From positions 13,597 to 77,596 of the forward strand of contig CAWFEP010000008.1 of assembly GCA_963814845.1 (NCBI GenBank): a DNA stretch of 64,000 bases. The letters run 5' to 3'. Under the pieces are notes generated by a model. It saw only the letters and a program-made list of their open reading frames with translations, had not been told where the DNA came from and did not search any database. Below, one piece after another: positions 51,367 through 60,540 of the stretch. Each line of letters opens with the position of its first letter. Position 1 is the stretch's first letter. Origin of the DNA: an uncultured Actinomycetota bacterium (GTDB lineage Bacteria; Actinomycetota; Actinomycetes; JAFAQI01). A program made the position numbers and the translations under genes.

Positions 51367-52204
51367 GGCGTTTGGTGGCGAGAAAATGGGGGGTGTCGAC
51401 CGCATGTGCATCGCGGGGGCGACCCAACGGGATGTCAAGCACTTCTGCAATGCCAGGCGGGCGTCCCCCCATCACCGCGACCCGGTCGCCGAGCAAGATC
51501 GCCTCCTCGATGTCGTGCGTGACGAACAGAATGGTGACCGGATACTGCTCTCTGATTGAGAGCAGAAACTGTTGCATCCGGAGCCGGGTGATGGCGTCGA
51601 GCGCTCCGAATGGCTCGTCCATCAACAGCACATCGGGCCGGGTGATCAGGGCCCGGGCAAACGCCGCTCGGTGTTGCATCCCACCGGACAGCTCGTGGGG
51701 GAACGCCTCGGCGAACTCGGCGAGGCCCACGGTCGCCAGCATGAGGTCGGCTTCGTGACGCAGCTCATCATCGGAAAGGTCGATGAGTCCCCGAGACCGT
51801 TGGGCGCGAGGTCCGAAGAGCACATTGTCGCGGGCGGTGAGCCAGGGGAACAGCAGTGGCGTTTGGAACAGCATCCCCCGGTCGGGTCCCGGCCCGTTGA
51901 TGGGTCGGGACCCGACGGCGACCGTGCCTTCGTCGGCGGCGAGAATTCCCGCCACCACCCGAAGCAACGTCGACTTGCCGCAGCCTGATGGTCCGAGCAG
52001 ACAGACGAACTCACCGGGCTCGACCGTCAGATCGACGCCAGTGAAGGCGACGGTACGCCGGCCGTTGCGACGGAACGTCTTCCCGAGTGACTCCAGGCGG
52101 ATGGCCGCGCCGCCACCGTGAGTCGGCGCGCGTGATGATGCGGAGTCAGACCCACGGTGGGCCATCAACGCGCCGGATGATTGCTTCGGCATATCAGCAG
52201 TCAC
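51341..52204 (-). CDS. ABC transporter ATP-binding protein (TauB/SsuB family)
   Basis: GPSGCGKST, LSGGMQ, LLMDEPFGALD. Confidence 0.92.
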   Translation of the reverse strand: MTADMPKQSSGALMAHRGSDSASSRAPTHGGGAAIRLESLGKTFRRNGRRTVAFTGVDLTVEPGEFVCLLGPSGCGKSTLLRVVAGILAADEGTVAVGSRPINGPGPDRGMLFQTPLLFPWLTARDNVLFGPRAQRSRGLIDLSDDELRHEADLMLATVGLAEFAEAFPHELSGGMQHRAAFARALITRPDVLLMDEPFGALDAITRLRMQQFLLSIREQYPVTILFVTHDIEEAILLGDRVAVMGGRPPGIAEVLDIPLGRPRDAHAVDTPHFLATKRHVRGLLNI

Positions 52205-53315
52205 CAGCGAGCGCGTTCTTCACGAACGACGAGTCGATGTGGGACGCGAGCACCTGGGTCGACGGGACGGAGGTGATCCGGCCTTGGCCGAGCAGGAACG
52301 TCGCGGTCTGTGCATATGCCTTGACGATCGGGCTCGATGTGTCGTTGGCAGTGCTGCCGAGCCAATAGAGCTGCTGGTTCAGCGGGATGAACGGATAGCT
52401 CTTCGTCGCGCTGACAATCAGGTTGCCGGGCACGCCCTGCGCCGCGGCGCTTTGGTTCAGATACGTGCCGGCATTCGGGCCGGTGAAGTCCTTCGTCGCC
52501 TGGACCTCGGCGCACACGTACTTCTGCACAACCTGGGGGTTGTTCTTGATCAGGTTCTGTGACACGGCAACGACGTTGAGGCCGGGGATGCCGAGCTTTG
52601 CGATCTTCTGGGCGTCCGTCAGCGCGTGACCCCCTCTCGCGACGAGCTGTGCCTCGGGACCAGCCTGGACATACGCGCCTTGCAGCTTGCCCGCGAGATA
52701 CGCCGCTGCGACGGCTTGCTCGCTGGCGAGACCGACGACCTTGACCGAGTTGGTCAGGTGTTGCAGTCCGAGCCAGCCACGCAACTCGAAGTCTTCGGAC
52801 GAGCCAACGAGCACACCGATCGACTTCCCTGCGAGCTGGCCCGGTGCGGTGACTGATGCTGGAACGATCAGCGCGTCTGCGTCGAAGCTCTGCGCGATGA
52901 CGACTGATACTGCTGTGCCGTTGGCGATGGCGCCCACGACGGGTGGGTTTCCCACGCCACTGATGGCCTGCAGCGAGCCGCCTCGCATTTCGGCGATCGC
53001 CGTGACACCAGCGTTGAACGGCACGAACTTCAAATGAGCCGGGATCGTGCCGCGCAGTGAAGGCTGAGTGTCGATCACGCTGTCAGAGTTGGCAACGTTG
53101 CCCTGGCCGTACGCGACGGTGAACTGCGGCTCGGAGCTCGAGCTGCCGGTCGTCAGGACCACGACGACGATCGCGACTGCGGCGACTGCGATGACCGAAA
53201 CGGCCGCGATCCAACGCCGCCTTCGACGGCGCTGGAAGGTGGTGGTGGTGCCGCGTTCGCCAGGCGTTGCGGACGGGTGGGATGAGTCAGAGGTAGTGGT
53301 AGTGGTAGTGGTCAT
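52194..53315 (-). CDS. ABC substrate-binding protein (TauA-like), N-terminal membrane anchor
   Basis: Basic stretch plus hydrophobic helix; F.AG..AI..M, GNPP, LAGKSIGV..GSS; operon context. Confidence 0.8.
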   Translation of the reverse strand: MTTTTTTTSDSSHPSATPGERGTTTTFQRRRRRRWIAAVSVIAVAAVAIVVVVLTTGSSSSEPQFTVAYGQGNVANSDSVIDTQPSLRGTIPAHLKFVPFNAGVTAIAEMRGGSLQAISGVGNPPVVGAIANGTAVSVVIAQSFDADALIVPASVTAPGQLAGKSIGVLVGSSEDFELRGWLGLQHLTNSVKVVGLASEQAVAAAYLAGKLQGAYVQAGPEAQLVARGGHALTDAQKIAKLGIPGLNVVAVSQNLIKNNPQVVQKYVCAEVQATKDFTGPNAGTYLNQSAAAQGVPGNLIVSATKSYPFIPLNQQLYWLGSTANDTSSPIVKAYAQTATFLLGQGRITSVPSTQVLASHIDSSFVKNALAGDC

Positions 53316-53397
53316 GACGAGGAACCTCGTTCCGGATCGGAGACGGGTAGACAAGATCGACAGATGGCCTGGTGGCCAAGGCGGCCTGGGAGACTGC

Positions 53398-54321
53398 TCA
53401 GGCGTTCGCGGCGTAGTACTCGCTGGCGTCGCCCTCGAGCGCGGTCGAGAGCCTGCCGTCGACCCCAACCGGGACGGGGCCAGCGACTGTGACGCGCTCG
53501 CCTCGGCGATGAGCGTCGCCGTAGTCATACACCGCGATGTGCTGCGTGGCGCGGTTGTCCCAAAAGGCGATATCGCCGACCCGCCATTGCCAACGGACGG
53601 TGTTTTCGGGCCTGACGATGTAATCCTGAAAGATGCGAATGAGATCGCGTGAGGCCTGCGGCCCGAACCCCACTACCGACTGCGCGAAGCCGCCGAGAAT
53701 GAGCGAGCGTTCGCCGGTCTCGGGGTGGACCCGCACCAGTGGATGCTCGGTCTTGTAGACGGTCCGGGTGAACTCCTGTCGCCTCGCCGTCAGCAGCGGG
53801 TTTGTTGCCTCAGCTCGCGAGTGCGGCTGCGCGTAGTCGTGCGCATTGGTGTGAACGATGCGGAGCTTGTCTGCGAACTCGCGCAGCTCCTCAGGAAGCG
53901 TCCGATAGGCAGCCACCGTGTTCGCCCACACGGTGTCGCCGCCGACAGCCGGGATGATCACGCCGTGCAAGAACGTGAACGCCACTGGTCGGTCGACGAA
54001 TGTGACGTCGGTGTGCCACTGGTTGGCGGGACCACCCTTGTGGGAGTCGATCTCCTCGAGCAGCGGCTGGTCCGGCGGTGAGGCGATCGTCGGGTGCCCG
54101 AGTGTGAGGGAGCCGAACCGTTCGGCGAAACGAACCTCGCTGGCATAGTCCAACGTCTGATCGCGTAGGAACACGACGCGGTGCTCGAGCAACGCTTGCC
54201 GGATCCAGGCGATGGTCTCCTCCGAGAGATCGCTTGAGGCGTCTATCCCGGTCAGTTCCGCTCCGATGCGTCCGGCGAGTTGGCGGACCTGTGGGCGGAC
54301 CGAGGTATCGATGGCAGTCAT
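53398..54321 (-). CDS. TauD/TfdA Fe(II)/2-oxoglutarate dioxygenase (alkylsulfatase/sulfonatase type)
   Basis: WHTDVTF (HxD), GGDTVWAN, HPLVRVHPETG, WDNRATQH. Confidence 0.92.
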   Translation of the reverse strand: MTAIDTSVRPQVRQLAGRIGAELTGIDASSDLSEETIAWIRQALLEHRVVFLRDQTLDYASEVRFAERFGSLTLGHPTIASPPDQPLLEEIDSHKGGPANQWHTDVTFVDRPVAFTFLHGVIIPAVGGDTVWANTVAAYRTLPEELREFADKLRIVHTNAHDYAQPHSRAEATNPLLTARRQEFTRTVYKTEHPLVRVHPETGERSLILGGFAQSVVGFGPQASRDLIRIFQDYIVRPENTVRWQWRVGDIAFWDNRATQHIAVYDYGDAHRRGERVTVAGPVPVGVDGRLSTALEGDASEYYAANA

Positions 54322-54451
54322 AGAAAGTCCTTTCGGATTGGACGCGCGAGACGCCAACGCGAGCGCGCGTCAACCACATAGCGCTGCGTGCGCTTCGTGG
54401 CTGGAGTGAAGTGAACGGTCGGGTATCAGCGACCCGGAAAGTGATGCGGTG

Positions 54452-54529
54452 TCAGGACGGACACAGCGCGCTGGTCAGCCGTTTGTAGTCGACGTAACGA
54501 CGTCGAACCAACAACCAACGGCGTGCCAC
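54452..54529 (-). CDS. Leaderless putative cis-regulatory leader peptide (25 aa)
   Basis: GTG-start MARRWLLVRRRYVDYKRLTSALCPS*, matching the actinobacterial L-x-x-RR-(H/Y)-VD-x-x-R-x-x-SA-x-C leader pattern; too short for the ORF track. Confidence 0.8.
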   Translation of the reverse strand: MARRWLLVRRRYVDYKRLTSALCPS

Positions 54530-54535
54530 GAATTG

Positions 54536-54564
54536 AACCTACGAAACGCTTTGCTATTTGTCAA
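54536..54564 (-). promoter_or_regulatory. Sigma70-type promoter giving a leaderless transcript
   Basis: Minus strand TTGACA-N17-TAGGTT-N6-GTG (start of the leader peptide). Confidence 0.75.
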
Positions 54565-54634
54565 GCATCTTACTCAAGTTAGAACAGTAAGATCATCTGC
54601 GTCACCGCTGCGCGGCTTGTTGAACCTCGACCGG

Positions 54635-55381
54635 CTAGGAGTGTCGGGGTTGATTGAGCCGGAGCACGTTGTGGCCGGCGATGGTTTGGGTCCGGACGGT
54701 GCAGTCCGAGTTGGCTCTCGCCCAGGTTTCGATGACGTCGTGCATCGTCGTCGGGTCGCCCCACGTGCCGTACCACTTCTTCGCTGTCAGCGCGATCGGG
54801 ACAGGGCCGCCCAAGGCCGTTGCGCCCCAGACGGCAGCGGCAACGCCTGGCGTGTGCGGAGTCTGATAGTCGTCGAAGACGACGATGCCATCTTCGCGAA
54901 GCATCGTTGCCGCGGACGCGATGTCGGTCACGACGTGCTCGTAGAGGTGCGAAGCATCGACGTGGACGAACCTCGCAGCATCGGCGGCGACGTGGTCGAG
55001 GATGTGTGATGTCGGGAGCTGCAGAACAACGGGCAGGTGGGGATGGAACTGTAGGTAGTTGCGTTCGAACTGTTCGCGGTTCAATGTCGCGTACGACGCG
55101 TCGTTCTCGGCCGCGTTCGCAGCGTCTGTGGCGCGATCGCCGAAAAGGTCACAGACCGTGAACGTTTCGTCGGGCTGAACCGACTCGCCGATGACGATTG
55201 CACTCTTGCCGAGGTAGCAGCCGAGTTCGACGAGGTCCCCTGGCGGCTCGTTAGCGACCTGCCACGCCAGCACCAATCGGAAGAGGGCACGGTCGATCGG
55301 GCGGAACCAGCCTGGGACGTCGGCGAGAGTCGGGCGCTGGCCACTGTCACTTTCCGTCAACGCCGCTCCCGAGATGGGCAT
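54635..55381 (-). CDS. Class I SAM-dependent methyltransferase
   Basis: LVELGCYLGKS, FVHVDASHLYE, GIVVFDDY. Confidence 0.85.
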   Translation of the reverse strand: MPISGAALTESDSGQRPTLADVPGWFRPIDRALFRLVLAWQVANEPPGDLVELGCYLGKSAIVIGESVQPDETFTVCDLFGDRATDAANAAENDASYATLNREQFERNYLQFHPHLPVVLQLPTSHILDHVAADAARFVHVDASHLYEHVVTDIASAATMLREDGIVVFDDYQTPHTPGVAAAVWGATALGGPVPIALTAKKWYGTWGDPTTMHDVIETWARANSDCTVRTQTIAGHNVLRLNQPRHS

Positions 55382-55480
55382 AGCTTCACGTTGACCGGCA
55401 AGGCTGAGAGTTTGCTGAGAGGTTGCTGGGGGCGGTGGGGACGCGGAGTGAGCTGCTATGGGCGGGACGCGTTGTCCCGG

Positions 55481-55558
55481 TCAGGGTTTGGCGAGCAGTC
55501 CGTACCACACTGCGCAGATCACAGCGCCGACCACGCCACCGAGTGCTAGCGCGGTCAT
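55481..55558 (-). CDS. Putative small single-TM protein
   Basis: MTALALGGVVGAVICAVWYGLLAKP*; ATGA overlap with a 14-aa upstream ORF (55555-55599). Confidence 0.4.
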   Translation of the reverse strand: MTALALGGVVGAVICAVWYGLLAKP

Positions 55559-55726
55559 GCGCCGACTCGTTCGACCGGCGATTCAGGCGATGTGGTCATT
55601 TGGCTCTTCCAGCTCGTGAGTAGATCCTTCAACGATGCGGCCAATCGCAAAGTATGTCAAGTGGTTTACTTTAGAAAGCCGCGGCAAGAGGGCGGGAATG
55701 CCGTTCTTCAGTGGAGAGCCCTCGAC

Positions 55727-56599
55727 TTAGCGCGACTCGCTGACCCCGATTTCCGTGGCGACCAGCGTGAGGACCGAGAGATGGTCGTCGACGGTTGCCG
55801 GTCCTGCCCGCATGGTGTTGATCGACAGGTGCGTCGCCCCGCTCTCGCGCCATCGAATTGCTTCCGCGGCCAGGTCGCCGATGCTGCCGGCCCAACTGAC
55901 TCGACCTTCGATGCCGAGACTGCTCGGGTCCCGCCCGGCCGCGATAGCTGACTCCTCGACGATCGCGCGTGCCTCGTCGAGCCCTTGACCCGGGCGAACC
56001 TGGGGAAACCAGCCATCGCCGAGCCGCCCCGCGCGCCGATAGGCCGCAGGTGACTGGGCGCCGAACCAGATCGGGATCGGACGCTGGATCGGCAGTGGCG
56101 CGATTCCGGCGCCCGTGACGTGCTCGTCGACACCGTCGAAGGTCACACTCGGTTCGGTCCACAACCGCCGCAGCAACTCGACCTGCTCGTCGGCGCGCCG
56201 CCCTCGAGTCGTGAAGTCCTTGCCAAGTGCGTCGTACTCGACGGCGTTCCAGCCCAATCCGACGCCGAGCCGGAAGCGACCGCCAGTGAGCAGGTCAACC
56301 TCGGCAGCCTGCTTGGCGACGAGCGCGGTTTGTCGCTGCGGCAGAATGATGATGCCGGTGACGAGTTCGAGCGACGTCAATGCCGCGAGGTAGCCAAAGA
56401 GCACGAGCGGTTCGTGGAAGGTCGTCTCGACGTCGTACGGACCCTGCCAGCCGGTGTGGACGGTCGGATCCGCGCCGAGCACGTGGTCGTAGGCGGCCAG
56501 GTGGTGAAAGCCAAGGTGTTCGACTCCTTGCGCGTACGCGCGTACCGCGCCGGCATCAGCGCCGAGCTCGGTCTGCGGGAAGACCACTCCGATCTGCAT
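55727..56599 (-). CDS. LLM class F420-dependent oxidoreductase
   Basis: MQIGVVFPQTE, YDHVLG, ILPQRQTALVAKQAA, LGVGLGWN..EY. Confidence 0.88.
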   Translation of the reverse strand: MQIGVVFPQTELGADAGAVRAYAQGVEHLGFHHLAAYDHVLGADPTVHTGWQGPYDVETTFHEPLVLFGYLAALTSLELVTGIIILPQRQTALVAKQAAEVDLLTGGRFRLGVGLGWNAVEYDALGKDFTTRGRRADEQVELLRRLWTEPSVTFDGVDEHVTGAGIAPLPIQRPIPIWFGAQSPAAYRRAGRLGDGWFPQVRPGQGLDEARAIVEESAIAAGRDPSSLGIEGRVSWAGSIGDLAAEAIRWRESGATHLSINTMRAGPATVDDHLSVLTLVATEIGVSESR

Positions 56600-56705
56600 G
56601 ACACCACTATCCAACGTGGCCAGTCACAACGGTAGGCGCCTAGGCGACATCATCCAATCTGGCGAAGACCGGAATGCGAGCGCTGGTGGCGGGCATTTAG
56701 TGCTC

Positions 56706-57113
56706 ATGGACATTGATGACATCCCCGAAAGCCATCGCGACCTGCTCCAAGCCGACGTCGCCACTCTCGCGACCATCGGTCCTGATGGGCGTCCGCAACT
56801 GTCGGCCGTGTGGTTCCTCGTCGGAAGCGACTCGGTGGCGCTCTCCCTGAACAGCACTCGGCAGAAGGTGTCGAACCTTCGAGCCAACCCCGCGGTGAAC
56901 CTGTTCATCCTCGATCGCGAGCGCCCAAGCCGGTACCTCGAAATACGCGGGGACGCTGAGCTCGCCGAGGACTCCGACTACTCCTTCGCTCAACAGGTCG
57001 GTGCCAAGTACGGTGCTGACTTGCGGGAGTACGACGGGCCTGACGCGACGCGGCTCGTGGTCACGATCCGACCCACCCGGATCAACGCTGTCGACATGGA
57101 AGCCGGCAACTGA
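56706..57113 (+). CDS. PPOX class F420-dependent oxidoreductase
   Basis: ATLATIGPDGRPQLSAVWF, RQKVSNLRANP, RYLEIRG. Confidence 0.88.
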   Translation: MDIDDIPESHRDLLQADVATLATIGPDGRPQLSAVWFLVGSDSVALSLNSTRQKVSNLRANPAVNLFILDRERPSRYLEIRGDAELAEDSDYSFAQQVGAKYGADLREYDGPDATRLVVTIRPTRINAVDMEAGN

Positions 57114-57123
57114 GCGCTGTGCG

Positions 57124-57471
57124 TTAAGACTGCGGCGTCGAAGGGCCTCGTGTCGCAGGTTCTCGGGTCGAAGGTCCCCGTTCGGCCTGGAGCTGGATCT
57201 CTGCGTCGATGAATCCGAGTGCACGATAGATGCGCACCGCGACGTAGTCCGGGTCGGCAACCATGACGAGTGTCTGCGCGCCGAGCTCGGCGAAACCGAA
57301 CTGACTCGCGGCATGGACCAGCGTGCTGGCCAGACCGCGGCCGTGGTGCGCCGGATGGGTTTCGACGCTTTGGAATCGGGCGAGGCCGGGGCTCGCTGAG
57401 ACCAGGCCGAGCTGGCTCACGAGGACGTCGTCGAGGAACGCGCCGAACCAGCCAGGAGGAAGTTGCCCCAC
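57124..57471 (-). pseudogene. GNAT acetyltransferase C-terminal fragment
   Basis: ARFQSVETHPAHHGRGLAS..ADPDY.A.RIYRALGF; no convincing N-terminus or start. Confidence 0.55.
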
Positions 57472-57627
57472 CAGAAACTCGGGTTATCAGGACAGCGCAC
57501 CACGAGATGGTCGCCGCAGTCCGTGATTTGTGATCCACCGAGCTGCAGCAGAGCGAGGTCTGTGCGGAACGCCAGCGAGGTCACCTCCACGGCTCGACAC
57601 TAGAACCGCGCAACCCTGGGCTAGCGA

Positions 57628-58551
57628 TCAGTCGGGCAGGCGAGCCGCGTTCTTGGCAACATCGGCGAACAGATCACCGTGGGTTTCGACTCGTTGCAAG
57701 GTTTGGTCGGCGGTGTAGACGAGGTCGTCAGGCGCGGTGCACTCGGCGACCTCGTCCCAGGTGATCGGGGTGGACACAGTGGGCCGCGGTCGGGCCCGCA
57801 GCGAGTAGGGCGCGATCGTGGTCTTGGCGGCGTTGTTCTGTGACCAGTCGATGAGGATCTTGCCGTCTCGAAGGTCCTTCTTCATCTGCCAGACCACGAG
57901 GTCGGGCGCGTTCCTCGGCGAGGCGTTGCGCGAGCTGCTTGGCGTAGGCGTGGATGTGCTGCCAGGTCGCTCGCGTCACCGGGACGTAGAGCTGCAGGCC
58001 CTTTGGAGCCACTGGTCTTCGGGTACGCGGTCAGCCCGTCCTCGGCGAGCACGGTGCGCAGCAGCTGCGCGACCTCGCAGCACTCGACGATCGTCGCCGG
58101 CGGTCCAGGGTCAAGATCGAACACGAGCAGGTCCGGGTCGATGCACTTTGCCGCGCGGCCCGACCCGCCACATCGGGATGTGCAGCTCGAGCGCCGCGAG
58201 GTTGGCCGCCCACACCAGCGTGGGCAGGTCCTGGATGACGGTGTAGTCAATGGTTTCGCGGGACTTCGTCGAACCCGGGGATGGCAACGTCACGCTGCGT
58301 ACCCATGAGGGCGCATGGGACGGCATGTTTTTCTCGAAGAAGAACTTGCCGTCGACGCCATTCGGATACCGCTTGAAGGTGGCGGCTCGGTTGGCCAGGT
58401 GCGGCAGCATGACCGGCGCGATTTTCGCGTAGTAGTCGATGACCTCGCCCTTGGTGAACCCCGCCTCCGGGTAGAGCACCTTGTCGAGGTTGGTCAGGGT
58501 GAGTGTCCGTCCGTCGACTTCGACGTTGACCTTTGCTGAATCAGGACTCAC
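57628..58551 (-). CDS. ligD: NHEJ LigD polymerase (PolDom) standalone protein, frameshifted
   Basis: TNLDKVLYP, KRYPNG, FFEK, FDLDPG, KTSGSKG, IDWSQN, PYSLRAR. Confidence 0.88.
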
Positions 58552-59980
58552 GACGCACGTCGCTTGCTGGTTTGTCAGGACGCAGCCCACGCCAGGAGGG
58601 CTGCCGGAGCCGGCCGTCGCGGGTCCATTCGGCAAAGGTGACTTCGCCTACCAGGCTCGGCTGCACCCAGTGCGCGTCGCGCGCCTGGGCTCGCGGGATA
58701 GGCGTCGAGAACGGAGACTCGCCAATGGCGAGCGGCTTGAGGTCGGAGGCCAGCGACTTCAGCGCTGCATCGGTGAACCCGGTGCCGACGTTGCCGACGT
58801 AGATGAGGTCCCCGTCGTCGTTGAGCACGCCTAACAGTAGCGAGCCAATGGAGCCCTCTCGGTGGCCTTCACCGGGCTTCCAGCCCGCGATCACGACCTC
58901 CTGCATCCGCTGATTCTTCAACTTCAGCCAGGACTTCGATCGGATGCCGGGGGAGTACGTCGAATCCAGCCGCTTCATCACGATGCCCTCGAGGTGCTGC
59001 TCCTTCGACGCCTCAAAGACCGCCTTGCCGTCTCCGGCAAACCACGGTGGGGTCTGCCAGGACTCGCCCGACAGCTTCAGGTCTGCGAGAAGCCCGCGCC
59101 GTTCTGAGTACGGTGCGTCGAGCAGCGAGCGCCCGTCGAGGTAGAGCAGGTCGAAGACCATGTAGGTGACTGGCGTCTGAGCCATCAGCCGACGGACCGC
59201 GGCGTCATCGCCGACATGCATCCGCGCTTGTAGCGCGCTGAACGATGGGCGACCGTCTTTGTCCAGGGCGACGAGCTCACCGTCCAGCACAACCCGTCGT
59301 GAGCCGAGCGACGCGGCCATCGTGCGAAGCTCGGGGTACGTGGCAGTGATGTCCTTGTCGTTTCGCGACATCGCGCGCGGGCGGCCGCCGTCGACATATA
59401 CAACCGCGCGGACGCCGTCCCACTTGAACTCATAGCCCCAGTTGGCGTCGTCGCTCGGCAGCCCGTCAGTCAAGGTCACGAGCATCGGCGCGATGCGTTG
59501 TGCCATTGGGACGAACCCAGCCTCGGGTGGATCCATTCGGTGCACCATCCAGTCACGATCGCCTGACCCGGTCTTGAACAGCACGTAGCGTCCCGAGATC
59601 CGGCTGCCGGACAACACCACCTTGACCTCACGGTCGGACCACTTCTCGGACTCATAGGTGCCGTGATCCCAGATGCTGACCGAGCCGCCGCCGTACTCGC
59701 CGGCCGGTATGTTGCCCTCGAAGCTGGCGTACTCCAGCGGATGGTCCTCGGTATGCACAGCGAGATGATTGGTCGCTGGGTCCACGGGCAGGTTCTTCGG
59801 GATCGCCCACGACACCAGCACGCCGTCGCGTTCTAGCCGGAAGTCCCAGTGCAATGCTCGGGCGTGATGCTCCTGGATGACGAACTTGTCACCGCCGGAC
59901 CCGGCGGCGTCGCCGTCCGGCACCGGCTCCGGGGTTTTGGCCGCGTCACGTTTGGACCGGTACGTCCTCAACTCCGGCAT
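58541..59980 (-). CDS. ligD: NHEJ LigD phosphoesterase + ATP-dependent ligase
   Basis: FVIQEHHARALHWDFRLE (PE domain); EFKWDG, LDGEL, EGIVMKR, RQPSWRGLRPDK (ligase). Confidence 0.92.
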   Translation of the reverse strand: MPELRTYRSKRDAAKTPEPVPDGDAAGSGGDKFVIQEHHARALHWDFRLERDGVLVSWAIPKNLPVDPATNHLAVHTEDHPLEYASFEGNIPAGEYGGGSVSIWDHGTYESEKWSDREVKVVLSGSRISGRYVLFKTGSGDRDWMVHRMDPPEAGFVPMAQRIAPMLVTLTDGLPSDDANWGYEFKWDGVRAVVYVDGGRPRAMSRNDKDITATYPELRTMAASLGSRRVVLDGELVALDKDGRPSFSALQARMHVGDDAAVRRLMAQTPVTYMVFDLLYLDGRSLLDAPYSERRGLLADLKLSGESWQTPPWFAGDGKAVFEASKEQHLEGIVMKRLDSTYSPGIRSKSWLKLKNQRMQEVVIAGWKPGEGHREGSIGSLLLGVLNDDGDLIYVGNVGTGFTDAALKSLASDLKPLAIGESPFSTPIPRAQARDAHWVQPSLVGEVTFAEWTRDGRLRQPSWRGLRPDKPASDVRRES

Positions 59981-60079
59981 AACCCGCCACTCTCGATGGT
60001 CACCGACACCTGCAAGGGATCATGCTGCCACTTGCACAGCCGGGGTGGGCCGCTGAGTTGGCTGCGGGAGAATCGGCGG

Positions 60080-60451
60080 ATGGATGACGTCACTTTCTCT
60101 CATGTCGCCCCGGTGATCGCAGTACGCGATCTCGACCGCGCGCTGCGCCGTTACCGCAAACTCGGTTTCTCCGCTCGTGCCTACGACGGTCCCGACCGCT
60201 ATGGCTTTGTCGAACGCGACGGCGTCGAGCTCCACCTCAGTGAGTCACCTGAGCATGACCGCACCAGGGACGGTGCTGAGATTTATCTCTACGTCTCGGA
60301 TGCTGACGCGCTCTACACGGCCTGGTCCGCTGCCGGGGTGAAGGGCCGCTTCATCGTGCCGCATGACACGCCCTACGGGCTGCGGGAGTTCGCCTTCGTG
60401 GACCGAGACGGAACCGCGCACCGCGTCGGATCGCCGCTGCTGCAGGCATGA
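60080..60451 (+). CDS. VOC/bleomycin resistance family protein
   Basis: PVIAVRDL, YLYVSDAD, TPYGLREFAFVDRDG. Confidence 0.85.
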   Translation: MDDVTFSHVAPVIAVRDLDRALRRYRKLGFSARAYDGPDRYGFVERDGVELHLSESPEHDRTRDGAEIYLYVSDADALYTAWSAAGVKGRFIVPHDTPYGLREFAFVDRDGTAHRVGSPLLQA

Positions 60452-60540
60452 TGGCGTCCCGGTAGACAGCGGAGAGCTGTCCCGGGTTCGCGCGAGCAGT
60501 CCTCGTGTGGCGCACTGAGCGCTGTCTGCGGCGAGGGTCG

